Assembly: GCF_036321535.1 (NCBI RefSeq)
Contig: NC_087436.1
Span: forward strand, 68,140,001-68,204,000
Source of the DNA: Camelus dromedarius
Lineage: Eukaryota
Direction of reading: 5' to 3'
Length of the DNA: 64,000 bases
The translations under genes and the position numbers were made by a program. Shown one piece after another: positions 13,691 to 25,788 of this stretch. Every line of letters begins with the position of its first letter. Within the stretch, counting starts at the first letter, position 1. Under the pieces are notes generated by a model. The model did not search any database, was not told where the DNA came from, and was given only the letters and a program-made list of their open reading frames with translations.

Positions 13691-15825
13691 ACTGAGCTGG
13701 GCTCTTTGCATTTCCCACTGTATGTGTCCCAGTGTGTGTGTCCCTCTCTGTGGGTGTCTTTGGAGGTATACCTCTCACTCTCTACACATGTTTGTAGTGT
13801 GTCCTTACATCTGTATTAAATAAACACTGGCTAGGCTCATCATTTCCAAATGCATTTGTATATATGTGTGTCTTGCACAGGCACGCATATACACAAACAT
13901 ACACTGCACTAGAGATTCCAATAATTTGTCATAAATACTTTCAGGGAGATTGGTTCTTTTGGAGGGATTTTGGTTTTTTGTTTTTTGAGAGCCTTGATTG
14001 GCTATCAAGGATAACTGCAGATCCTCCAAAGTGTTCAGTCCTAGAAGAGGAATCATACCTCATACCCAGATCCCTTCTGTCATGGACAGTCTCACAGAAC
14101 TGGACACAAAGGGTCTGTGAGAACAAAATTAATAAGAACAAAATTACTGCGGCAGAGATCTGCAAAATTAAAATACCAGCTACATGTCAGAAAAGGTCGA
14201 ATTAAAAAGACACATTTGCAAATGTCCAAATTAAACTATTTTCTACATATTACATCAGGATTCCTTTTCAAATTCTTCTTCACATTATTCCAAATCACAG
14301 TTATAAAGTCGTATCATGTCATTATTTTCACAATCTCCTTTTGTTCCCAATGACTATCAAAAAACCCCACAAACTCCTAACTCTGGTTTACCAGCAGATA
14401 TACAATCTAACCACAGTTTACAACTTTAAGATCATGTACTGTTTTCTTCCTCCCCACCCTAGCATCTAGCTATTCACCTTGGATACATCAGGCCCCCTGC
14501 TAGTGTTAATTCTTCTACTTGGGGGATTTTTCCTATTCTCATCTCCATAATCTCCTTTAAATATCAGAGCAAATGTAACCACCATGCTCTAGTTTCTCCC
14601 TATACTCTCACCTCCAAATGAAATTAATCTCACTCATTGATATGCCTGCCCACATTTTAAAAACAACACTATCATGGCACTAATTTTGTAATCATAGTTA
14701 TATATTTACTTTTCTATATCCCTTCTAAAGTATCAGATTCTTGAGTATTTTACTCAGGTGTGCAATATCCAGTGCTTAACACAATGCCTGGCACACATTA
14801 GGTTCTGAATAAATTTTGGTGAAATTAGATAATTTTTAAATTTCTTTTCTGTAGTGTGGAATTCACACTGCTTTATAAGAGCTAAAACTGAGAGGAAGAG
14901 AAAGAGGATGAAACGAAACAGAATCTAGTTAAGAACATGATTCCTAAGCCTAACTACAGAGAAAGAAAACCTGGCCCTGGCCCATCCATCATCTTTGTGA
15001 CTGGCGAGCCAAGCAAAGTGCTCCTGTGTGCTCAGCTGGCGAGTGACGCCACATTAGTGATGACAGTGGATGGGCACTTGGGGAAACTTGCTGAGTAACA
15101 TGGACCACTGAAGCAGCAATCCTTCTTGAATCAATTTCAGTTTCTCAAATGCTGAGTATGTAGTGATATTTCAAAGCAATCTCTAGAGACGCACTCAAGC
15201 AGCAGCAGCAGATGCTAAGCTATTATTCTACTTGCATAGATGATCCAACTTAAATGTGAATATTGAAGCATCAGGTGTTATTTTCATTTTTATTTTTAAG
15301 CGAACAAGACAGAAAGTTCAGAGAAGGCATAAATAGAAAATTTGTGGTCACATACAATTTTCCCTATGTTCTCATAGAGCCCACCACAGCTTATCACCCC
15401 AATATTCAATTCTGAACACCCAACCAAATTACCCCACTAAGTGTGCCTTATTATGAGATGTTTTGGGTTACTATACTTAATATTTCTGTGGCTATGGATT
15501 AGATAGCTCTAGACATTTTTTTTTTAGATAAGCAAGGAATGCCTCTTTCCCCTGAGCTGAGATGAAATTATCTGACATTAGAAAATAACCGTGTTAAGTT
15601 GTAGTCTTAATCTTTTCTATTGTCAAGGAACTCAGACATTTACTTAAGTTGGAAAATGAGAAAATGTGTCTCATGCAGTGAAATCTGAACATTAAGAACA
15701 TGCAAGCTTCTGAGGTAGGCAAGGAAAGAGAGACTAACGTAGGAGAAGAGAAGGAGGAGGAGCTGAGCCCAATGAGAAAAACAAACTTTCCAGGGAGACA
15801 GACAAAGAGAGCCTGCACCAAAAAT

Positions 15826-16123
15826 ACTGCTTTGTCCACTACAACAGCAAAACATTGAGTGCCTGAAATGTGGCAACTCAAACCTGAAATGTTCTCAGAG
15901 TATAAAACTGCATGCTAGATATCAAAAATGTAGGATGAAAAAGGAACATAAAACAGCCTGTTAATAATCTTACTGACTACATGTTGAAATGATACTTTGA
16001 ATATATTGAGTTAAATAAAACAAAATATTAAAAATAATTTCACCTATTTCCTTCACTTTTTTCCATGTCCTACTAAAACATTTTAAATTATCGATGCGGC
16101 TTGCATTACATGTTGATTGGACA
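15826..16123 (-). mobile_element. hAT-Charlie MITE, MER33-like
   Basis: Matches the reverse complement of the recalled MER33 consensus: tgaaatgtggc...tacatgttgaaatgata...ttgagttaaataaaa...aaaataatttcacct...ttggaca. Confidence 0.8.
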
Positions 16124-16765
16124 TGTCAAATAAAAACAAATCCAGATTTGGGTAAGAAGCGAATTTATCTGAAAGAATTGCTAACAAAAAGAAAGGAATA
16201 TTGCAATAGGGCAAGGGGACTACCACCATAGGGAGAACGCTCTGACCACAAGATCTGCAAGCATCTCAAAGGTTAGGCAGAAAGGAATTTTCTTTTATAC
16301 ACAGAAGTAAACAAGACCAGAAAAAAACTGAGTGTTGGGGAGTATGTGGCATGATCGACCTGGTGATCAAGGAACATGTTTCCTTGCAATCAGCCAACTC
16401 TAGGGAGGAAGAGGTGAGTAAGGCTGTATACTGGTTCAGACTGAGGACAAGTCAGAGATCAGAAACCCAGGGAAGGAAGAGAAGTTCATTTAAGTTGGTC
16501 AAGTCAGATAATAAGCACTTTGCTCTGAATGATCAACTGGGACAAACAGTTCAGCTCATCTTTCACAAGTCAAAGAAATGCGAACTAGGAGGGTCTGAGT
16601 CTGGCTTTGCCGTAGGTAAACAAGGCCAATGTTCATGAGTCGAACAGAAGTCATATGGGGAAAGGTGGTTCTTTGTGGGTAAGCCAAGTTTCTGGAAACA
16701 AAGGGTGATGATTTCTTCAACTGTCCCTGTTTTCCAGGATCCCAGGGGTCTCGTCAAGTTCAACA
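16124..16765 (-). mobile_element. Solo LTR, probably ERV1 class
   Basis: TG...CA termini (tgtcaaa...gttcaaca), ~640 bp, LTR-like composition, abutting the MER33 end. No clear TSD. Confidence 0.55.
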
Positions 16766-16829
16766 TTGTTGAAAAGTGCAGTTCGAGAACCTCAATTTTG
16801 CACTATTTCTGGAGTGGTGGTAAAACAAC

Positions 16830-17490
16830 CTATAAACTCAAACTGGTTTCAGATCTTAGCTCTGCCATTACCAGCTCTGTGAACTTGGACAATGTACATA
16901 ATCTCTATTTACCTCAGTGTTTTCATTTGTCATAAGTACTTACTTCATAGTTCTTATGACTGTGAAGATAAAGACAACACACATGAGAACAAATAGGCTA
17001 TTTGCTCAGAGGTTGCTATAGCAAGGGAGTCAGCCACCATCACTTGCACTTGGCAGAGACACAAAGCAGCTAGGAGAGTGTAAAAACTTCATACCAAAAA
17101 AAAAAAAAAGTGGGGGAAGGCTTCTGGTAGGCTCTAATGGCAGGTTGTTGGCACGAGGATGCTGGATGTACACTGACCAGAAGCAGAGAGTCTTTTGCCA
17201 TTTGCTTGGGGAGCATATTTGCTTCCTTTGGTTGGTCCTGAGTTGGAAGGTGGAGGGTTATGAAGTTGTGGAAGAGGGAAGCTGGTTGTCATTGATCAAA
17301 TGCTGATTCTTCTGGGCTGATTATTGCAAAGACTTCAGTTTGGTTTCCCAGTGTGGCTGCTGCAGAGGATGTGGGTTAGAGGTCTATTGTGATGTAAGGT
17401 TTGGCTATGTCGATTTGTATATTCAGTCTCTTATGATGAAACAGTACATATAAAGTACTTGGCAAAAGACTTGGCCCATAGTGAGGTTCA
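16830..17490 (+). mobile_element. MIR SINE split by a solo LTR
   Basis: MIR core (cttagctctgccattaccagctctgtgaacttggacaa...cctcagtgttttcatttgt) runs to ~16960. It resumes at ~17434 (catataaagtacttggcaaaagacttggcccatagtgagg). Confidence 0.7.
16961..17433 (-). mobile_element. ERV1-class solo LTR (MER31/MER67-like)
   Basis: Starts TG and ends ...gtatattcagtctctTA (decayed CA). Flanked by a 4-bp near-TSD tgac (16957-16960) / tgat (17434-17437). The internal motif gcaagggagtcagccaccatcacttgc is recalled from this family. Confidence 0.75.
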
Positions 17491-17564
17491 GCTTTAATTT
17501 TACCTCATCTTCTTTTCTTAGTAGGTAATACACAACTACTTACTCTTAGGTCAGTTTTCATAAA

Positions 17565-18090
17565 TGTAATAGGAAGAAATTTACCATATGGTAAAAGCTG
17601 GCTCCCCAGACATTATCAACACAATCTGTTGATAAGACAAAGCTGAGTTTTTACTTACCAAATACAAGGGAGTATACCACCTTGCAAAGCTTTTATAGTG
17701 TTCCAAAGCGGGAAATACAATCAGAATTTATTAAGAATTGTAAGTTTGGCTTAAGGTGGCTCTTTCAACTTGGGGTCATGATTAGGACTGGGTAGGAATC
17801 ATAATACAACCATCAGAAGCTTGGTGGAGATAGCAAGGCAACGATTTTGAGGGATTCAAAGAATCTTTGGGCAGAAACTGTCTGTTGATACTGTCCATTG
17901 AAGAGCCAATAAGTCTTTTGAGAAGTTCCTGTAATAAACAATCACACCATTTGCTTTACTTTCCAGGGCAGCCCTGGAAAAGTAAAGAGATACTAATGAG
18001 TTTCAAAGTCATATTACTGTAGACAGTAAGTTATGATTTCAGTTTTCAATGCCCAGCTCAGCATGGAGAAAGAAAGTTCTGGTTCTCACA
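17565..18090 (-). mobile_element. Probable solo LTR (ERV1-like)
   Basis: TG...CA termini (tgtaatagg...ttctcaca), ~525 bp, LTR-like motifs (caaagctgagttttt, accaccttgcaaagc). Family uncertain. Confidence 0.45.
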
Positions 18091-18399
18091 GAGATGGTAC
18101 CTATTTATGTCTGTACATTTTTAAAGATAGTTACAGAAAGCTTGATCTAGTTTAGAAATTTTTAATCTCTCATGGAGGTGCCTTTTCTGCAAATGATTCT
18201 CTAAATTTTTTATGAAGTATTTTTCAAAAACCCCTCATTTCTTCCAGATATGAAAAGGAATTGGTGAAAAGGGTGCTGTGGTTGAGTAAGACTGACAAGT
18301 TCTTCTAGAGCTTCCTCTTGTTGATATATTGTGCACTTGAACACAATAAAATATGAGAAGTGCAGCATTCAAGAGTCTTCTTTAACTCAGTTTAACTGA

Positions 18400-20220
18400 G
18401 CAGCTCTGAGTGTAAGTGGGTTTATTTGGGAGGTTAGGAATTGATCCTAAGAGTGAGAAAGGAAAGGAAAAAAGCCAATACAGGGTGCATGAATGAGCAG
18501 GGTGCTACTGCAGACACCTGGGGTTCAGTCCTGCTGGAGACAGTGTGAAAGAAGCTTCAGAGTTGTCCCATCTAAGGGTGTTATGGTCTATAAGTATTTG
18601 TGCTCAAATTCCTTTGGTTGAGAGCTGTTCTTAGAAACAACTCCTCCAGTGCTTCTGGGTTGCCTTGAGCAAGGGCTAATAGAAAGCCCTCACTCAGGTA
18701 GAGAGCTTTAGAATTTTAAAACAAATTATCATCAGTTTGTTCTTGTACAGAAGCAGTGAGTGCTAGTGCAGCAGTGAATGTTGACAGGGATCTGCTTGGG
18801 GCTCTAATAACCTATGCTACAGTCTGCCACTTGCAATGCACAGATTCACTCATCTCCTAAGATAAGTTCAAGTTGTCCTATCACTGCTTTTTCAAGTTGA
18901 TGGTCCATAACAACTTCTAAAAAACAAATAAGGCTTACAATGAGAAGATTAATGGGAATTTAACACAGAAAATATAATGGGGTAATCTACAATCCTCACT
19001 ATTACACTTTACATTGAGGCTATAACCGACATTGCACGTCTCCTGATACTACACTCACTATAAATACCTTAGCCAGTACTTCTGCTTGCCCCAGAGAAAT
19101 CCAAGCCCTTCTCTTTAAACCTCTGTGTTGTTATAAAAGCCTCCAGAAGAACACCAGAGAATCTGAGTGCTTCATATATTACCCCTCCCTGTCTTTACTA
19201 TATAGCAACCATCTCATCATCTTATTTTAATGAGGGTTAATTACTTGTCAGTACAGTAACTCCTTTCTTTGCCTGTTAATCTCATAGAACAAAAAGCTCC
19301 AAATGACCTGGCCATAGCTATTTAGTGGTACCATTACTGTGTCCCCTGGTAGAAATGTCCAATCTCTCCCCTAGAAATCAGGATCTCCAATCCGGCAGAG
19401 GGCACAAGGAGTAAAATTTACCCAAGTAGGTCAGTCATTGGGAATAATGCAAGAGGGTCTCTCCAAACTTCACCCCTGTTCCTGTCTGGATCCATATATT
19501 CTGCTACAAATAGCAACATATAGTGGCCATTGTTTGAAAGTTATACCACATCTTGAAGGATAACACCATTAATTCTACAGGGATATATTTCACTATGCTT
19601 TTAAAAGGGTTTCCCAAAGTTCCATTAGGTCAGCTACTTCAAGGTTAAGAGATATATATGGTAAAACCAGTGAATTTTATGATCTTGTGTTTCCTTTGCC
19701 AAAAAAGTAGGTCTCTTGGTCAAAAGCATTATTATATGGAATGCCTTATTTGTGAGTTCTCAGGTAATGGTGCCAATCAAGAATGTAACAGAGAAAGTAA
19801 ACTCACACCCAGAACACATATAAATCCCAGGGAGGAAAAACCATTGTCCCCTCCAGAGTTTAGTGCTACCTTCTGGATTTTGCCTTACCTGTTTAATCTG
19901 GGTGACCCCAAGAAGCACTGCAAGTAGAGAAGTGATATGACACAGGAAACCAACCAACGGTATACAAATGAGCAAGATACCACTGTGGGCAATGGGAGCT
20001 CAATCCTACCAAGGACCTCTGGAAGATAGTTCGGAATATGCAACCAAGTTGTCCCATTCAAGGGACAAAAACACTGGGGTATTTATATTCCAACTTTCAT
20101 TCATTTTTCCTGGTGGCATTAATTCTCCAAAACTCACGGTCTGCCTTGTACCAATGTCAAGAGAAAGCCCTCAGGCAGAGAGACAGCAGGACAACTTGGG
20201 CATGTGATGAAATACTGACT
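18400..20220 (-). mobile_element. ERV-L (LTR16/ERV3-16-like) remnant: two related LTRs (~18400-18821, ~19890-20220) around a dUTPase/integrase remnant
   Basis: The two LTR-like segments share motifs (atgagca...actg...ctcaatcct/ttcagtcct...agttgtcccat). The reverse complement of ~19230-19330 reads QAKKGVTVLT..INP (dUTPase-like). The reverse complement of ~19620-19750 reads GIPYNNAFDQETYF...KIHWFYHI (integrase-like). Confidence 0.75.
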
Positions 20221-20295
20221 ACATAGGAGACAGAGGCAGAGCAGCTACAGGGTCTCTTACACTCAGCATCAGACAGGATAATGCTAGCTGCAGAG

Positions 20296-20398
20296 CAGAG
20301 CTGATGTTCAGCTTGTTTACTCTGTTCCAGTCGTTTACAGCTTGTTTCTTCTGTCAGTCGTAGTGCTCTATTGGTTAAATGTTGTGAATATCACCCTC
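20296..20398 (-). mobile_element. hAT MITE, MER81-like
   Basis: Degenerate terminal inverted repeats cagagctgatgttca ... tgaatatcaccct over ~100 bp, as in recalled MER81. Confidence 0.65.
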
Positions 20399-22639
20399 CC
20401 TAAAGATATGCAGTAGCTCCCTAATTATTGTTTTTTTTAATCCCGTACTCACAAATCATGAAACAATTGTATTTAGATTCCCTGTATAATTCTTTGACTG
20501 CTATGTCTTTTCCACAATTAGAACCACTTTTCAGAAAAACTTACAGCTTTCCAAAGCACCCCATTTCCACTTTTTAAATGTATACAGTAGCTCCCTAACT
20601 GTTAACAGGAGACTGAAAGACTAAGATGAACTATGGTTCAAAATTCAGAGGAATGAAGAATAGCTCTAAACATCTGACAGATACTAAGTTGCCAGCCACC
20701 CGAACATTTTACAAACACCAACCATTTATATGGCCAATTGGTCTTGGTGAGAAAAGCTAATTGTTAGTGGTAACTTCAAGCAGAAAGCTTAGGTTTTGTA
20801 AACAGGATGAAACCAAATTGAGTATGGGGCCTTGAAGCAGAGATTCTTCTTACATTCTCAGTGACAAGGTATACCCTACACCCTGAATTTGTTTGCAGTT
20901 CAACCAAGTAAAGCAGAGTTGTTAGCAATCCTGCGTCACACTTACATGCTTTGTCAATCTCGTGTGGAGGAAAAGTTCTAAAATGAACATCTAGAAAAAG
21001 ACTGAATTAGTGCTCTCTTGCAGTGGTCAACATCCTTAAAATGTAAGTAGCATAGTAAAGATCACACAATAAATTCATAAATAAAGTTCATCTCTGTACT
21101 TTCAGTCCAGAGTTCTACCCAATAGATTTTGCTGCCTCTTATTTAAAACTTCTCAGTGCTAAGAAATTATTTTTCAGTCATTTTCATAAAAGAAAACCTT
21201 GCATGAAACTCAAGCCAATACATATGGAACAGAGAAAAATTGAATTAGCATATTATTAATTGCATACTATTAATTTTCAAGGACAATTGCAAATTAGACC
21301 AACTTACTCATTTCTAAAATGTAGCTTATGTACGGGGAATATTTTCATGTCTCAGACAAGTTCTTCACTTATTAAAATTAAAATATTTCCTTTCAATCTC
21401 AGTTTTCTAAAGGGTGCCATAAAACGAGGATAGATGTTGAATGGGAAGAGCAAGAGTTTGTGAGCCATAAGCCTACCACCATAAATCAGGGAGAAAAAAA
21501 GCAGGGAAGCAGCAGAAAGGACTGAGGAAAGCCCTTCCGTAGTAGCCCAAACACCCAGTCCAGACATATGTAGAAAAAGAAAAACAATTTTAACGGTATC
21601 AGTCAAGAGAAACCAAGAACCTTACTGCAAGAATCTATTTTTGTCTCTTTGCTATTACCTTCATCATTCAGCTGAAGTCAGCAAGGCAAGACTCTGCAAA
21701 GCGTTACTCCTAATTACTTGCAACACACTGACAGAGTGCTCTGCTCTGTATTGACGTAGAAGAAGACTTGGTCTCTGCTCCGGGCTCTTACAATGGTTGA
21801 AGTAGTCACAGCAATTCAAACAGAAAAATGCCAGCTGAGAAGGGGATTAAATCTCAAGAGGTGCAGGGGTGCATGTAACATTATTAGCCATAACACCACA
21901 TAGATGGTAATTAAGCGGAGAGCACTTCCATTTTGCTACCCTCAGCAGCCAATATCAAAAGGCCACTTTTTAAATTAAGACAGTCTACGACCTTGATGTG
22001 ACTTATGATTTGCCAAACTCATAACACTGCACATAAGTAATACAAATAAATTTAAATAATCAGAGTTTAAGCTACAGATTTACATGCTCTCTTGATATTT
22101 TAGAACCAAAACATACGGCGATTTTTACTCAGAAACCATCTATCAAGTAACCCCAACCCTGGAATACAGAAACTAGATTGGGTTTTAATACACTCATCTG
22201 ACATGGTCATCAGCTAAGTCTCACTCCAATGGGTAAATTTATGAAGACTGGTTGAGTAAATCTACAATATATCCATGATACGCAACTGTAGCAGATTCAG
22301 TCCATACTTATATATCAGTGAAGCTGGGTCTTCTCTGCCCAAGTCAAATAAAATCAGTGTTAATTATTATTTAACTGAATTACATTCCACATCATATAGC
22401 ATTGTGATTAATCAAGTAGTTGGAATGATCCCTTAGTGCATAATGTCCTCAAGCAGGCTCCATCATTCTGCACAGTATGCTGAAGTCCTATTTCAGCCCC
22501 ATGAAGTTGGTATATCTTAAGGTGATGTGAGGCTAATTCTTTTTTCCAAAAATTTTTTTTTCTGCAGCCCTTTCTCCACTCTCTGTAACAGAAATAAAAA
22601 TTAAGGTATTAATTTTCAGGATTCTCCCAAGAAACATGG

Positions 22640-23072
22640 CAATCTTGAGGGTTTCTTGAGCAAAGGGACGATAGACAGAGTCTGAGATAGATTCAAGGGA
22701 ATCTTAAGCAAGCAATGGTGGAACACGCAGGACTAATAACAACAGGATGTCATTACAATCCCTGGAATGTAAGGAACTAGGGGAAGGAGAGGTATTTGTA
22801 AAGCCCAGAGAGGTCCTGGGTTGTGAAATAGGAGCCACCTGACAGATGCTGTAACTACAGAAACAGTCACTGACAGAATCACAGTAAGGTAGGGAGGAGG
22901 ATGGGGAATGAGGGCAAATATTCTGACCTCTCTCTTCTCTTGCCTTCTGATCTCCAGCTTGTGCCTCCCATTGGCTGAAATCGATCAGAAGGCAAGAAAA
23001 TCAAGGCATTGCAGACTAGTCAGCCTCCCGGGACAGAAGTAGGGCGGAAAAGAGTGAAGAATACACAACACA
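22640..23072 (-). mobile_element. ERV-L solo LTR, LTR33-like
   Basis: Characteristic ctctctcttctcttgccttctgatctcc...gtgcctcccattggctgaa...gtcagcctcccgggacaga. Confidence 0.75.
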
Positions 23073-24731
23073 ATGATTAGATATAGATATAGATACAGTT
23101 ACCTAGATATTCTGTTTTGCATATTACCAGTAAATATTTGTCTATTAAAAATATAGTCTGTGGCCTTATCTAATAAAACCATGCAATTTATTTTCTATCT
23201 CAAGCCTGTTTTTTCTCCTTGTAGTAATTCATTTCTATTTCAAGAGTAAATGATTTGAAAACAGATTTTAAACTACATTAACTATCTCCACTAAGTGTTA
23301 TTTATCCAGAAGAAGGACTCATCTATTGAATACCAGATGTACTTTAAAATTCACTTCCTTATCTACTAGAGACAAGTTCAACCATAATATTGCCTCTAGG
23401 CTCCCAATATTGATAAGTACTGATAAGACACTCAAAATGGTCCATATGCTATGTTGACCCAAGAGTTCTTTTTATTCAGTTCCATGAATCCTCATCTGAA
23501 AAAGTTATTTACAATCCAAAAACTTCCACTCAGGTTGACATTGATGTAATTAATAACTTCATTCTTAAAAGTTAATGCTTTTGTTATATAGCATTAAATG
23601 CATCATTCAATATATACTATTTTCAGGAAACATACTCAAATGAAATATTCTCATATTTAAAAGGGACTTTCACCAGTGCCCCCCCCCAAAAAAACCCACC
23701 CTAATTACATCTTTGATTAAGCAAAACAATCCAAGCAGGGTACTGAGTGTGAAGAGAGTGAGCCCAGCATGAAGTATACAGATTAGTAACAGCAAACATA
23801 GATAAGCAGATTGTAGACAGAGGAGGAGTAGCAGAGTCTAGATCTCAGAGGCGGAGCATGCCTTCTAATGACTAAGTTCATCCTGGTGTTTTGTAGAGGA
23901 GGAACAGAAATGGAGGTTAGTGATTCTAGGAAGGAGAGAAACTATTCAATTAAGAGATTTAATGACCCATCACCAAGGGTAAAAGTGGGAGTGAGTTACA
24001 AAGGGAAAGGCACACTGCATGCTTGTAGCTCCTCTGGTATTTTTTCCTCAATCAATTAACATCAAAATGTTGACCTCACACATTCATTGGGAACCAACTT
24101 TTTTGTGTTTTCAATGTATGCTTTTCAAATGTATATAGTTATGTTAATTAGTCCACTTAGGTAACTCCACCAACCTGTAGTTGGAAATATTTCTGTAATT
24201 GGCCAATTAGATCACGTATGAACATGACAATTGTCAAAACTTCTCAAAATTCTTAGAAATGTTCTATCTACTTGACTAGGAACAATAAACATAGCTCTGC
24301 CCAAATGGAAATAATTCATACTTACTCTACTCTTCAACATCTTTTTGAACAAAATTGGACTCCAGAACCCATGTTATTTCTGACACCATTGTGCTTCTCT
24401 TCATGCAGATGACTGTTTCCCTGACTAAGGGAAACACTAAACACTACACCAAACTAGAAACACTAGACTTGTGATTCCTGACAGAATCACATGACAGCAT
24501 GTGATTCACAGTGCAAATTGTTGAAACAACACATTTTTGTTGAAGTGAAATTAATTTATTTTCCTACCTATCGATTTTCATAACTGAAAGGCTCATGCAT
24601 TTTATTTTCTACTATAACTGTACAACTAATGCCCTAAAGTAGAGTACCTTCTAAATTCATGCTGCCTATTCACTCTGTCATAAAATTTCTGGAAGTCAGT
24701 CACTCAAATCTAAATTGTTCTTAATCCACTT

Positions 24732-24747
24732 AAAAGAATCTACATGA
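24732..24747 (+). repeat. 5' target-site duplication of the L1 (AAAAGAATCTACATGA)
   Basis: Identical 16-mer at 31213-31228. Preceded by TT, giving the canonical L1 endonuclease site TT/AAAA. Confidence 0.97.
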
Positions 24748-25380
24748 GGGGGCTGGGGCGAAACCTGCATCCGCACCGAAGGGCTTAGCAGCCTCAAAGG
24801 CCAGGCTGAGACTGGCCTGCAGTCCAGGGCAGATAGGATCCTTCCGTCCTTGTCCCTCAGAGAATTTGCTCCACAAAGACAACCAAGGAGCTGGGTTCTG
24901 GCTCGGAGCAGGGACAGGGCTGTCCCTCGGTCTTCCCCGAGCCCACCTGCGGAGCGCCGACCAGGGCGGAGAGCCGACAAGGGCGGAGAGCGCAGCCGCA
25001 CAGAGAGAGGAGCTACCGGCGGCGCAGGTAGAGGGAGAGCGGCCACCCCCCTCCCCCGCCCGCCTTTCGGGCAGGAACACAGCCCCTGACCGAGGTGCTG
25101 GGAGGGGGCACGACCCGCCCTCCTACCTGGCCAGTCTGCAACATCTGACTGCGGCATCCAGAGGGGCAGCGACCCGCCCGCCCACAGCAGAGGAGAGCTG
25201 CACCTGACCCAGTGTTAGGAGGAGGCGCGATCTGCTTGCCGACAGGTGCTGGGAGCAGCACAGAAGAGGGCGCCAACGGAGGGCCTCTGAAAACAGCAAG
25301 CTGAGCTTCCAAAACAGGACGAAGACAGAAAGACTTCACATTAAAAGCACACAGACTCCAGGAGAACACCGACAAACCAC
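24748..25380 (+). promoter_or_regulatory. CpG-rich L1 5'UTR (internal promoter region)
   Basis: The only long CpG/GC-rich stretch in the window. Contains GC boxes (GGGCGG at ~24964 and ~24981; CCGCCC at ~25056). L1 5'UTRs are established internal Pol II promoters. Confidence 0.75.
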
Positions 25381-25788
25381 CCCCTCTCCCCTTTTTTTTT
25401 TAAATCTGTTTTTACCTGTTCTATTTTCTATTATTCTCTTAATCTTAACTTCTTAATTCATTTCTATTTCTCTTGGGTTTGGATGTCCTGCTATTGATTA
25501 GACACAGGTTTCAAATACATCTATTCATCTCCCCCCGCCCCCTTTTTGTACAGGTTTTAAAAGGACGTCTCAACCCGATTAATACTCTGCTTCAACTCAC
25601 TCTTCTATTATTCATTATACACTGTTTTCAAACCCTCTTTCTCCCTTCTTTTAAAATTCTTTCTCTCTCTCTCTTATTTTTTTTTCTTTTTTTCCTAAGT
25701 TCTATTCCTAAATAGGCATTAGATAGATAAAATCCTTAAGTACCAAAATAAACAACTGATACTCCATAAACCACAGTGCCAAAGAGGT

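Noticed and set aside
24850..25375. Several overlapping Pro/Arg/Gly-rich ORFs, and the CpG island as a host gene promoter
   Set aside because: All lie inside the TSD-bounded L1 5'UTR. GC-rich DNA lacks stops, and several ORFs use non-ATG starts.
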